From assembly GCF_009914755.1 (NCBI RefSeq), contig NC_060927.1: a stretch of 64,000 nucleotides of DNA. One strand, written 5' to 3'. Positions 29,098-42,151 of the stretch are shown here, piece after piece; within the stretch, counting starts at the first letter, position 1, and the number at the start of each line of letters is the position of its first letter. The notes under the pieces were generated by a model. That model was not told where the DNA came from. It did no database searches and saw nothing but the letters and a program-made list of their open reading frames with translations. This stretch comes from the human T2T-CHM13v2.0 reference genome, Homo sapiens. A program made the position numbers and the translations under genes.

Positions 29098-30229
29098 CAA
29101 GAACCATTTTACTAGCATACAGCTGCCCAGCGCTCAACTAAAAGCAATGGACTAGATTGCCAATTACAGCATGGCCACAATATTAGGGTGGAATGGACAG
29201 AGCCAAGAACACTGCTCTGTAGTGTTAGAAAGTGAGAGTGTGCTCAGTGCCCACTTCAGGTCCCCTACCTCTTTCATCTACGGCCACAGAAGCTACTCAA
29301 AATTTAATCATAATATTGAAAGGGGCAGGGAATTTCCTTCAGATTTCCCAAGGTCTGAAATGGGAAGATAAAGTTACCTTCTCCACAGAACTAATGGAAA
29401 ATCAAGAGGGAAGGTATTTTTAAAACTTCTCTCAAGTTATTTTGAAATATAAACCTTCCTGGGATACTTCTGGCTCCTGGAATATTTTGCAAAATAGCTA
29501 TTGACCTTCCATCCTGCTCCTCAAGCAACTGGGACTGACTGGCTCACAAGCCCTCTGCCTGGACTTTCAACACAGCAACGATGTCTCTCCATTGCCCTCT
29601 ACCCATACCATAGGAGAGAGATGATTGACTTTCACAATTTCATTCTAGGACCCTTATCTCGGGAGCAATCAGCTAGCATGGTTGTTGATTATTTATTTTG
29701 TGTCTTATAATAGTTTTATTCCTAGTTTGCTTCAGGAAAATGCAATAAATATGTTAACCATGGGAAAACTGATAAAGTTGCGGAAGCTCTCATGATCAGT
29801 TTTTAGGGACTTTCATGGTAATATATATGGAGTAAGGCTAACCTCTTTTACACTAATTTATTTTATTCGTTCTCATGTTGAGAAACAGTAGTCTAGATTC
29901 ACTTTCTCTGTACCTCTTTTTTCATTTCTAGGATTTATCAACCAAATGGGTTCAAATAGTTTTAGTCTATGAACATTAAGTCTTCTTTTTGGTAAATGTT
30001 GAGCAACCAACCGAGATACTGTCACGTTGTTGAGCTGTACGTTAGCTCAGATCTACCACCCAACTGTTGTTCTTTCTTTCTTTGATAGATTTTCTGAAAT
30101 TTTATCCGTATCCAATCCCATCGCTATAAAAATGCATAACTTTTTATTTCAAAATTTACTAGTCATGTTTTACTCCTCAGTATGTGTGATGCCTCTGTTT
30201 CATTTGGTACAGTTCCTCATTCCTTCAAG

Positions 30230-30560
30230 GACTATGTACTTACTGCCGTCTAAAAAGTTATTCCCCAGGTCTGTGCATGGCTTCTCATCATTTGGATGTG
30301 AACTCCTTAGCAACGTCTTCCCTGACTTCCCCTATTAAAGTAATTACTCATCACCCTCTATTACATTACCTATGTTTTACTGTCTTTGGGGCATGTCACC
30401 ATTGAAAGTTTTCTGAACTGTTGATGTCTTTGTTTACTTTTTGTTGTTGTTGTTGATCTCTCAGCAGGAGAAAGTAAGCAGTATGAAAGGGACCTTTTGT
30501 AACTCATTTCCTCCCTATCTTCAGAAACCAGAATACAGTGTGTCACATATTGCCAGAAAA
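30230..30560 (+). mobile_element. L2 3' fragment
   Basis: cttccctgacttcccctattaaagtaa...gtaagcagtatgaaagggacc...acagtgtgtcacata. Confidence 0.6.
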
Positions 30561-32649
30561 TGAAATAATTATCTCTTTACTACCCTCTTTCTTGGACTTC
30601 CATAATTCTGTTTTCTCCTTTTTTTCTCCTACTTCTCTACATATTTTTCATAATCTCTTTTTTAAAATATATATTTTTGCTTTTAAAATAACTCTGTGTA
30701 ATATAAATAGCTAAAGGAAAGATGCTATGGCCAATTATGTTATATTTTTAAATGTTGACCAAATAATACGAAAGGACAGCTATATAATCTCTAAGGTACT
30801 ATTTATTAAATTCTGGAAAATGTTTAAAGTTTTGCCTTTCTGACAATCTACAATTTTTTACTCTAGCCTGAAATATTAGATTAAACTTGCATTATTTTGT
30901 CTGTTGACTTTGGAGACTATAGATGTAAAGTATGGAAATGAAATCCTGACAAAACGGTTTTGCTTTAGCCAAATTTCTATCACAATAATTTTAACTTTTT
31001 TTGTCCTTTGGATGTGCATTATACGTTAGATTGTAAAACTGAAGACATTTTGCAAATGTATTAAACAACTACTGTATGCCAAGGCAAGTAGCAACTCTGG
31101 TTTATCTGTGTTATTTGTGCTATTGAAACATAGTCACTGTGCCATTAAGCACTGCATTTAGTGTATCACTGTAGCAAGTATTTTTTCAGCAAGTGTACAT
31201 ACTGCAGTAAAGAAGAAGTGATAAAATTGAGAAGTCACCCCTTTATCTGGTTCTTTGCAACAAAGACAGCAAAATTGATTGTATATCTTACGCTTAATTC
31301 TGAATTCTGCAGGAATGCACCAGTCTAGTCCACTAGCTAGTGTCCCTTCTAATGGATTGGAGGTCCATTTTAACTGACTAGAACTTGTGCTGTACTAGTT
31401 ACCAAATATTTTAAATACCTCTCCTCTTATGCCAACCCTTGTCTAATTGGTCTTAACTGGAACACTATTTTGATAAAGAGTTTGAAAACATGATGATTGC
31501 TTAGTTATGTCTGCCACAGGAGTGGGGGAAGGCAGTGTTGGTTTTCATCCTTCAATACATTGTGGTCTTCATGATAATGACCATGATGGAAAGCCACTGA
31601 GTGAACCCAAAACAGAAGCACCAATATAATTCTAACAATCTTTGAATTTTGAAATCTTTATCAATGCTAAGATTCTAATGATTTTTAGAAAGAAAGAAGG
31701 TAAACGTGGATAATCACTGTGATTTTGCAAGTTTTTAATAAATATAACCACTTTAATTTGAAGTAAATTCAAAGCTAGATTTATATATGATAGTAGGAAA
31801 TTTCTAAAGCAGAAACTCATTTTTAGGTGAGCAATACTTGTGATAGTATTGTAGTTTGTCATTATCAGAAATGCTTGGGTTTATCATTTCTGAACTTGAG
31901 TAGAAAATTACTGTTTTAGTCTAAGCAGGCTTTTCAAACATTTTGTACATTCTGAGTCTCTCTTAGAGAACGAGAAAGGCTCAGAATGATGGATTTGGTT
32001 GAAAATGTCAAGTCTAAAAGACTTCAATGCATTAATCATTTCATACACATGAATAATTTTTGCTTCCTCAAGGTGGAGAAGAAACATGGCACTGGAATGT
32101 TCCCCTGTGTGGAGTCCCAGCCACCCACAGGTGGACTGTACCGGGGTAATTTTCCTGACTTAGTTACTTTTAATTACTGTTTTATTTATTGTGTTTAGCT
32201 GATTGTAGGAAATAATAATTCTGCTTTTCTTTTAATTACTTTTCTGTTGCTTCTGCTAAGAGTGGTTTTTCCATTCCTATATAGATAGGAATGCAAGTTT
32301 CCAAAATCTTGTACTCCTGAAGCAAACACCTAGCTTACTTGGTGATGTGTTTAAAAATCTTTACTATTGATGATATTAGGGAAAAGCAAGAGAAAAGATA
32401 TGACTATCCTAAGAGTCTCACATTTTTAGTTCTATTGGAATGAATGTAAAAGTGATTGTTTTGCCTTTGCCAGCAGTCTTGTGGTCTCAAGAGTCACAGA
32501 GGATGTGGAGTATGAACTTTGGGGTGTGGAATTCCCTACGTAGTAATTACATAAATAATTTTTCTTTGCTTTGACCATGTAATGTATTAGACATTAGGTT
32601 TCTTTTAGACACAATGTTTTATCCTCATATAAACTGTTAAAGCTATTAA

Positions 32650-33430
32650 CCATTTAACTGGTATTTATTTACTATTGACTTCACACTGTTTTAAGTGCTT
32701 GGGATAAATCAGTGAGGAGAAGAAAGATCCTAGCCATAGTGAAATGTAAACATTGTATAAGGAAGAGACAATCAACATAATAAAGAAGCAAATTATGTGT
32801 GTACACACACACACACACACACACACATATAAAACACATAAGTAAGTGTATTTAGCTAATTATTTCATTATAGTTAGGCATTGCAGCATGCTGTGGAAAA
32901 ATAAAAGCAGAGCAAAGCAAACTGATAGTGCTGTTTTGGGGTGGAGTGGTTGTAGTATTGAATGGGGTAGTTATAGTTGCCATAATAGCTGAAATTTGAA
33001 AGAAGACCTGAAAATGGCAAAATAATGAGTCAAATGAATCCGGGAAAGAGGGTGTATTTCTAATAACAAGGAACAGCTAAATCCAAGACCCTATGGGACA
33101 TATACAACTCCAGCTAGTCGCTGTAGTTGTGCCAGGGAGAAAGTGGAGAGTAATAGGCAGGACCAGCTACATAATTTGTAGACTCAATGTAAAATAAAAA
33201 TGCAGAATGCCTTGTTCAGAAATTATTAAGAATTTCAAGATAATGACAGCAGAGCATTAAACCAAGCAGGGAGACTTTTAAAGCACAACCCTTGTGCAAC
33301 TGCACAGGTCACAAACCTCTGAGGCCAGCCCTGGTAGAAAAGATGAAGTCATAGAGCAGTATGAAGAGAGGATTATGTAGGGCATAACAGGCCATGCAAG
33401 AATTTTGACTTTTATCATCATCCAGATTGG
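32650..33430 (-). mobile_element. L2 fragment, interrupted by (CA)n and MER45A
   Basis: cactgttttaagtgcttgggataaatcagtga...ggccatgcaagaattttgacttttat. Confidence 0.6.
33158..33333 (-). mobile_element. MER45A (hAT-Tip100 MITE)
   Basis: TIRs caggaccagct...gccagccctg; core aattattaagaatttcaagat...cagcagagcattaaaccaagc. Confidence 0.85.
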
Positions 33431-33659
33431 GTCCCGATGATCTAATTCACTGTTCTATCTCAAAATCTTCATTTCACTAATGAGGACACTGAGATCCAGA
33501 AAAGTTCATTTACTAACCCAAGGTTAGACTGCTAAGTTTTTATAGAATCAGCTCTGCACCATCTGCTTAATCTTCAAAAGGGCCCCTGCCTTTCCTTTTA
33601 CCTTCTACTGCCTTCTCTAGTATACCTGCTTTCTCTTTGGCAAAGAATCGATAACAATG

Positions 33660-33960
33660 TGATGAAAAATTATATGGGGAAAAATCCGGATTACAGAGTC
33701 AGGCTGTCAATCTTTGAATTACTGTTCTACTATTTAGTAGCTCTGTGACTGTGAAAATGTTACTTACCATCTCCTTGCCTTGATTTCTTTATTTGTAAAA
33801 AGGGGGGATGATTCCAGTAACTTATCTCTTCTCTTTGAACTGTTGTCATGATTAGAGATGATAATGAATACATAATACTTGTAACAGTGCTGGGTATATA
33901 GAATGTACTTAATAAAAATATTTGTTTTTGGTGGTGGTAGTTCTGGATCACTCAATAACT
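33660..33960 (+). mobile_element. MIR
   Basis: tagctctgtgact...gttacttacc...ccttgatttctttatttgtaaaa. Confidence 0.6.
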
Positions 33961-35273
33961 GAAAACAAGTTTATGTATCGATTTATTATTTATTGTCTTT
34001 CACCATCTTCTAGGGAGTCCCTAGCTAATTTCAACACATCTTGTCTCACTTGAAGCTCCAAATACAAATCTCTCTCTCTCTCTCCATTAAGTGATTTATG
34101 GTTCTTCTTTTTCAGCATTAATTTCTCTGTTTGGATATATACACATATTCAGTCATTTATTCATTCACTTATTTTATTTAGTTCCTACTGTGTGCCAATA
34201 ACTGTTTTTGGTGCTCAGAACAGAAAGATTGCCGTGGCCACTGTGTGAATGTATGAAGGCGTCCCTATGTGTCCTTATCTGCATATGCCACATCTGTACA
34301 TAAATATGTATTCAAATATATATCCATATAGTATTATTATATGATTTTTTATAATCAACTGCAATCATAGTTGCAAACAAAAACTAGGAAGCCTAGTTGT
34401 TTTGTTATTGCCAAACAATATAAATATCTCATTTTCAATGAATAATATAGCTGTCTGACATAAGGTGTGTAGAGCCATTGTATCAAACAGAATTATATAG
34501 TTCTATCAGAATCACCTTTGTGATATCACCAATTTTGGTCTAGAGTCAATGTTTGTTTCTATCTAGTGTGATTATTGACATTTAGGGAGTACAACTGAAT
34601 AGGAATTAGTAGATTATTTATTTAGTTTGGAAATAGCTACTCTTGTTTATTTTTTGTGTGCGTATATGAGGAAGTTGAGCTCGATCAGTTTGAAAAGTTT
34701 TCATTTATTTATTTTCTTTATTAATAAGGTAGACACTTTTTGTTTCTTGGCATTATACTTTATTTTCTCCCAAATTTTATTTATTACCTGAAAAAAGTAT
34801 TTTTTGTAAGTTAAAATTCTAATTAAAGATTGAATCTTTCATTTGTGAAAAGTTTGATATTTAAAATAATAGAGGATTATCCATATTAGAGAAATTAATG
34901 TGAAATAGAAATGAATTATTTTATCCCCATTGCCATATTTATTAAACAATTTGACACAAAATATCTTTGAATCATTTTACTCTACCTGTTTTTTAAAAAA
35001 GGTATAAATTTAATATTTGCATTTATTCTCTATCACTGATGATAGATATTTTTATTTTTTATTTGAATTACTTTATTGATCATATTATTTCTCTCTCACA
35101 TACGTCACATATATCTCAATGAATATAGAGTACTCTTCTGGAAACAAAAATTATTGTGTTGGAAGTTATTTTTTATTAACTTCCAAGTAGTTTTGTTCCT
35201 CCCAGTATAAAAGTCTTATTTTGAGCAAAGTGAGAACTTTAGGGTAACTAAGTAATATACATTCTAGGGCCCC

Positions 35274-35789
35274 TCTATGGACTGACTTGTGTCTTCTTTC
35301 CCAGAATTCATCCATTGATCCTAGACCCTCTAGTGTGACTATATTTGAGAATTTCCCCTACAAGAAGGCATTTAAGGTTAAATGAGGTCACAAGGGTTGG
35401 GTCCTGATCTGATAAGATTTTATTCTTGCCGGGTGCAGTGGCTCACGCCTGTAATCCCAGCAACTTTGGGAGGCCGAGGCAGACGGATCATCTGAGGTCG
35501 GGAGTTCGAGACCAGCCTAACCAACATGGAGAAACTCCGTCTATACTAAAAATGCAAAATTAGCCGGGCGTGGTGGCGCATGCCTGTAATCCCAGCTACT
35601 CAGGAAGGCTGAGGCAGGAGAATCGCTTGAACCCGGGAGTGGAGGTTGCCATTAGTCAAGATCGTGCCACTGCACTCCAGCCTGGGCAACAAGAGCAAAA
35701 TTCGGTCTTAAAAAAAAAAAAAAAAAGAGCGATTAGTATTCTTATAAGAATAGATACCTGAGAGTTTGCTCTCTCTTTTTCTCTCACTT

Positions 35790-35832
<43 letters not shown>

Positions 35833-36010
35833 TGTGTTTGTCATGTGGGGACATAGTGAGAAGCTGATTGTCCACAAGCCAGTAGGAGAGCCATTGCCAG
35901 AAACCTAATTGGCTAGCACCTTGATCTTGAATTCTTAGCCTCCATAACTCAGATAATAAATTTGTGTTGTTTAAGCCATCCAGCCTATGGTATTTTGTTA
36001 TGACAGCCAA
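35274..36010 (+). mobile_element. MLT1A0-like MaLR LTR, interrupted by an AluSp and (TG)n
   Basis: tatggactgacttgtgtc...taaggttaaatgaggtca...caccttgatcttgaattc...aataaatttgtgttgtttaagcca...atggtattttgttatgacagcc. Confidence 0.85.
35428..35726 (+). mobile_element. AluSp nested in MLT1A0
   Basis: gaggtcgggagttcgagaccagcctaaccaacatggagaaac; TSD-like gatt..tattctt. Confidence 0.93.
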
Positions 36011-36199
36011 TTCTCAGAGATTCTGGTTTGATAGTTCTTGAATGGGACATGGAATCTGAAATTTTAACAATAGTCATTACTCAACAAATTGATTTGCTGT
36101 GTTTAATTCAGTGGTGCCCTCAACAGTGTCTTTCTCTAGTGGCCACCAAATGCCCATTGTTCCTTCCAATGAAAAGACCTTCTGAAGGTGACTAGAAAC

Positions 36200-36375
36200 A
36201 ATCTAGTGCCATCCTTGAATTCTAGTCATAAAAGTTGGACAGCTTCTTTTACCTCTCTGAGCATCATTTTCCTTATCTATAAAACAGTGACAATGCAAGA
36301 TTGCTGTCTGAAGAAAATAGGATATTATATGCAATGTTCCTAGCACATAATAGGAGCTCACTAAATGTTTTCTTT
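36200..36375 (+). mobile_element. MIR
   Basis: acctctctgagcatcattttccttatctataaaa...tagcacataataggagctcactaaatgtt. Confidence 0.65.
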
Positions 36376-37668
36376 TCCTTAGTTACATCTGTTTTACAAG
36401 TCTGAAGCTTGATCTGTGTAATAGTACATTTCTTCATTATAACATGGGATCCCTGTTAGCATGCCGTTGATAAACAACATCTTTGTCTGAGTGATGTATT
36501 TAACGCTTTATGGCACCCATAAAAAGAAGAGGGCAACCTATCTGATTTGGTTTCCAGAGGAGCCAGATGAGGGAAACGAGATTTCTATAAAAACGAGGTT
36601 TTTATTTTAAAATGTTTGTGATCTATGGCACTCAAATTAAAAACCATAGAACCACTGATACATAGAATGCCACTTTAAAAAATTAACTTTTTAAAGTGTG
36701 GAAATCTTTGTCACAGCTCTGCGTATGTGGCCCACCACTCTTTGTCGTCATCCCAAAACTTTGATTCCTTTTTTAACATAGAATAAGATATTTTATTTCC
36801 TTTTCAATTGTTGCTGTTGTGTTTAGTTCCTTGTTCTTGGTTATAAAAATGAATGTATAGAATCTGAATTAAAAATTAACATGTAGACTTTTAAATATTT
36901 CTCTCTGGTAAAATAAAATGTAAAACAGGAACTAAGTCGCACGTCTCAATTACTCTCTCTTATGTGCCAAGGCAGTCCTTAGACTTCCTTTTCATTAGAA
37001 AAACTGTGGTACAGAATGGATAGCTTAAGTAACTAGATTTGTGCTCATTTGACATTTCCCATAGAGACCAGTAAGATGTGTCTTAATCATTGGTATTTGG
37101 TTGTAAGTTAACATAGTACCCCAACTAGTTGAGTGAACAGTTTTCTAGTGTGACAGAATAAATGCGGAAAGAAGAGGTTCATTGTAGCAACAAGAATATG
37201 TGGAAAAAATGACTTGGCATTTTATCATATCATTGTATATTGATTTGTGCCTCAAAAAATTCAATGTGCTTTCCTGCAGCTGTGATGTTCAGTTTGCTTG
37301 AAAGTCTATAGAAAAGACTTTCAAAAAGGATCTAGTTTTAAGGCTTGCTTTGAAGGCAATGGATACATTTTTATTATTGCCTGCAAATCCATCAAAACAT
37401 TGAGACTTCTGTAATTATTGATTTTTAGTGCATAAGCCAAAATAAATTGATACAACGTTGTCTGTATTTAGAACTATTTTTTGTGGGAAAAACTACAAAT
37501 CCTCTTACATGCTAAAACACTTTGATTTATTAACATGTACTATTTAGAGAAGATGAGTTGAAGAGCTATTTAATTAAAATTGTTGACTCAGCCTATTGAT
37601 ATGTTCCAATATTGTAAATGTCTTTTGAAGAATTTGTATTTTTGTACCTGTCATACCTTTCTGTTATA

Positions 37669-40055
37669 CAGGCATATCTGGATTTATTGTGTTTCACCTT
37701 AGGGTGCTTCACAGATACTGTGTTTTCAACAATTTGAAGGTCACGGCAACCCTGCATTTAGCAAGTCTGTTGGTACCATTTTTTTCAGCACCTGTGCTCA
37801 GCTCACATCTCTATGTCACTTTTTGATAATTCCTGCAATATTCCAATCTTTTTCATTATGGTTATATGTGTTAGGGTTATCTGTGATCAGTAATCTCAGA
37901 TGTTACCATTGTCCATTGTTATTATTTTGAGGCACCAGGAAATGCACCCATATAAGACAGCAAACTGACTCAATAAATATTATTGAATTCTGACTGCTGT
38001 ACCCACCAGCCATTTGCCATCTCCCTCCCTCTCCTGGGCCTCCCTCTCCTGGGCCTCTGTATTCCCTGAAACAAAACAATATTGAAATGAAACCAATTAA
38101 GAATCCTACAATGGCCTCTAAGTGAAAGGAAGAGTTACATGTCTCTCACTTTCAATAAGAAGAAATGATTAAGCTTAGTAAGGAAGGCAGGTCAAAAGCC
38201 AAGATAGGTCACAAGCTAGATCCCTTGTGTCAAACAGCCAAGTTGTGAATGCTAAGGAAAAGTTCTTGGAAGCAATTAAAATGCTACTCTAGTGAACACA
38301 TGAATAATTAGAGAGCAAAACAGCCCTATTGCTGATATGGAGAAAGTTTGAGTGATCAGGATAGAAGATCAAACAAACCACAACATTTTATTTAGCCAAA
38401 GCCTAATCCAGAGCAAGCCCCTAACTCTTTTCAGTTGTGTGAAAGCTGCGAGATATGAGGAAGCTGCAGAAGTTTGAAGTTAACAGGGGTTGATCCATGA
38501 GGTTTAAGAAAAGAAGCTATCTCCATGACATAAAAGTACAGGGTGAATCAGCATCTTCTAATATAGAAGCCACAGAGAGTTATCTGTAAGACCTAGTTAA
38601 GGTACTAATGAAAGTGGCTACACTAAACAAGAGATTTTCCGTGTAGACAAAACAGCCTTAGGTTGGAAGAAGATGTCATCTAATACATTCATAGCTAGAG
38701 AGAAGAAGGCTAGGCCAGGCTTCCAAGCTCCAAAGGTAAGGCTGACTCTCGTTAGGATGTAATGCTGCTGGTGACTTGAAGTTGAAGCCAGTGCTCATTT
38801 ACCATTCTAAAAATGCTAGGGTCCTTAAGAATTATGCTAAGCCTACCCTGCTGTGCTTTAGAAATGGAACAACAAAGACTGGATAACAGCAAATATGTTT
38901 ACACATGGACTACTGAATAACAATATTCAACCTCACTGTTGAGACCTACTGCTCTGAAAAAAAGATTCCTTTCAAAAAATTATTGCTCTCTGTCAATGTA
39001 CCTGGTCACCCAAGAGCTCCGATGGTGATGTACAGGAGGTTCATGTTGTTTTCAAAGCTACTAACACAACATCCATTCTACAGCCCTTAGATTATAGAGT
39101 AATTTCAACTTTCAAGTCTTATTATTTAAGAAATATATTTGTAAGATTGTAGCTTCCCCAGATAGTGATTCCACTGATAAATCTGAGAAAGTACATAGAA
39201 AACTTTCTGGAAAGGATACACCATTCTAAATGCCATTAGCCACATTTGTGGTTCGTGAGAGCAGGTCAAAATATCAGCATTAACGGGAGTTTGAAAGAAA
39301 TTGGTTTCAACCCTTATAGACGAGTTTGAGGGGTTCAAGATTTTAAGGAGGTAACTGCAGAGGTGGTGGAAATAGCAAGGAAACTAGAATTTGAAGTTGA
39401 ACCTGAAGATGTGACTAAATTGTTGCAATGTCATGATGAAACTTGAACGGATGAAGAGTTATTTCTTATGGATGAATAACGAAAGTGGTTTTTTGAGATG
39501 GAATCTACTTCTAGACTCTATCTTTCCAATTCCCGGGAACATTGTTGAAATGACAACAAAGGGTTTAGAATACTACGTAAACTGAGTTCATTAAAGCAGC
39601 AATAGGGTTTTTGAGATAATTGACACCAATTTTAAAGAAGTTCTATTTTGGGTAAAATGCTATCAAACAGCATGTCATGAGAGATACAGAGAAATATTTT
39701 ATCAAAGGAAGAGTCAGTTGATGTGGCAAACTTCACTGTTGTCTTATTTTAAGAAATTACCAAAGCCACCCTAACCTTTAGCAACTGTGACCCTGATCAG
39801 TTAGCAGCCACTAACATTGAGGCAAGACCTTTCACTAGCAAAAATATAAAAATGTACTGAACACTCAGACCAATAAAGTATTTTTAAATTTGTTTTAGAC
39901 ATAATGCTACTGCACACTTAATAGACTACAATATAGTGTGAACATAACTATTATATGTATGGGAAAAACCCAAAATCTGTGTGATTCACTTTATTGCAAT
40001 ATTTGCTTTACTGTGGTAGTATGGAACTGAACTTGCAATCTCTGATGTATGCCTG
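37669..40055 (+). mobile_element. Tigger1 (TcMar-Tigger/pogo) near full-length DNA transposon
   Basis: TA|caggcata...tatgcctg|TA TIRs with TA target duplication; 2387 bp; internal transposase text recognisable throughout. Confidence 0.95.
38111..39446 (+). pseudogene. disrupted Tigger1 transposase ORF
   Basis: atggcctctaag...catgatgaaacttga, with fragments [49 protein letters not shown]; many frameshifts and stops. Confidence 0.88.
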
Positions 40056-41956
40056 TATACACAATCTGATCTATATGCTCCAAAACAAGTAAGGTTTTCC
40101 TTGACCTCTGCTACATATAAAAAAAGTTCACTTACATTACCAATTGAGTAATAGCCTTATTATAAGATGCTGTCAGTGAATCACAAATAATTAGTAGGTA
40201 GCTTAGAAATCAAATGAAAAATAGGAATTTTTCTCACTTTTGCAATGTAATCATTAATATTATGTGATCATTTACTTAATCAGACTTTTAAAATCATATA
40301 TCAACAGTTATTTATATGGTAATGGTATCAGCCAACTAAAAAATGTATTAAAGGCACTGATTTAATCATTTTTAATAGGAATAAAATTATAATGAAAATC
40401 ATTCTGACAGAAGTGTTTTTAACAATTAAATTTCCCTGACAAATGCATTTGAAAGTACAGCTTAACTTTTTAGAGATATTGTATGAGCTATAATCATTTT
40501 GATTCAACCCTACTGAGTCCATAGCATATGCTGGACACCTGGGCGAGTATGGGTATGTAATGGGCTCTTCACCAAGGAATTTCCCTGTATTGGAAACTGA
40601 AACTGGCAGACATGTCTAGTGAGGGCCTTAAGAGAGGCAAAAACAGATTACTCTGGGAGCCAAAGTAGAGAGAGGCCATATTTGGGCAACAGATAAATAA
40701 ATAAAATTCATCAGGTAGGTGACATTTGAAATGAACGTTAATGTATTCATAGAGTTTTTACAGATACAGATGAATGTGATGGCTGAAGAAATATTTCATG
40801 CCAGAAATATTTTCTCTAACAGATTTACAGATCTCTTGGAGGTATTCATATGTTCCTATAGAAACAATGCTCTTTCTTCAGATGAATCTTTTATGGAAGT
40901 ATTATGTATGAAACTTGTTGAAGTGCATTAGTTTCAATCGAGAAGGATGGAAAGCTGGTGATCTGGATTCTCCATCTTTATTTTTTTCATGATTTGCCAT
41001 GACTAACTGTTTTCTTTTTTAATCAGCCTCTCTGTGGATATATGCTATAATTTGAAATAGCAGATTTACATTATAATATAATCATTGGAAAGCATAACAA
41101 CTATTGTTTTAATAATAAATAGATATTACAGAGAGTAAAGCTAAAATCAATCGTCTTGGCCCATAGGAATATATGAATCTGCAGTTCAGTGCTTTTTAAG
41201 GAGAAGGAAAGGATTCACTACAAGAGAAGGTTTTTATTGAAATCTCCAGAAAGGCATGAGATTTTTTCTTTTTTGCATTAACACAGAGGACTTATAAAAA
41301 TGGGTAACATTGAGGTCAAATGTAACTCTAGGTGAGTAGTGGGAAATGTGACAGAAATGATAATTTGGGGCCATGTTCTAAAGTCCTGGGTTGCTAGACT
41401 GCCACATGTGGTTGAACAGGTTGTATTCTGCACGACTCAAGGATTTGTCATTCACAGCTGGCTATTGCACAATGTTGAACGGAGCATCATGAGCAGCTGT
41501 TCAGGATGACCATGCAAGTGAGGACATTGCACTTAATTTGGATAGCAATAGAAAACCTTTGAATTTTCTTTCAAGCCTGAGCATTATATAATTGCTGTTG
41601 AACCTTAAGGAAATTAATCTTTCAATGTTTTGTAAAATGGCTCATATTCCAGAAACATGAATGTAGAATATCCCAAATGTCTGTTAGAAGAATGAACTGT
41701 GTTTGTAATTTTTTAGAAGAGAGAGAGAGCAAAGCAAAAATGACTCACACATTTTCTCTAGTGCCCAGAAGAATTGCTGTACCTTGATAGAAATAGAAAG
41801 GTCATGTTTATGGTAATTGGGACAGGGTAAGAGATAGAATTAATTCTATATTGAACATTTCAAATTATGATGAATAATTTTGTTATACTAAATGGACAAT
41901 TGGCTATACTTCTTCCTCTGAGGCTTTATTTTTGTTTGTTTTTTCTCCTCTTTCAG

Positions 41957-42076
41957 GCTGAAGTCATCGATGTGAGTTATGGAATGGCAGATGATTTAAA
42001 AAGGATTAGGAAAATAAAAAACGTAACAAATCAGATCGCACTCCTGAAATTAGGAAAATTGCCACTGCTTTATAAG
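41957..42076 (+). CDS. NAALADL2: NAALADL2 internal coding exon (exon 4; about residues 274-313, PA-domain part)
   Basis: Strong pyrimidine tract ttttttctcctctttcag|GCT and donor TATAAG|gttggt; 120 nt, phase 0-0. Encodes AEVIDVSYGMADDLKRIRKIKNVTNQIALLKLGKLPLLYK, in frame with the previous exon. Confidence 0.95.
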
Positions 42077-42151
42077 GTTGGTCCAGTGAATGTTATTCAG
42101 TGGTTTGGTCAATATTTTGCCTTGTTTTGTTGGAATTATATGCTTTTGTGA
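42077..42151 (+). CDS. NAALADL2: possible intron read-through C-terminal extension (VGPVNVIQWFGQYFALFCWNYMLL*) of a truncated NAALADL2 isoform
   Basis: Frame stays open for 24 codons past the weak gttggt donor to TGA at 42149-42151. AATAAA at 42352-42357 follows. Use in vivo cannot be shown from sequence alone. Confidence 0.45.
   Translation, partial: VGPVNVIQWFGQYFALFCWNYMLL

Noticed and set aside
41972-41977. Consensus gtgagt donor 15 nt inside exon 4
   Set aside because: Would define an implausibly short exon; the downstream sequence is clearly conserved coding frame.
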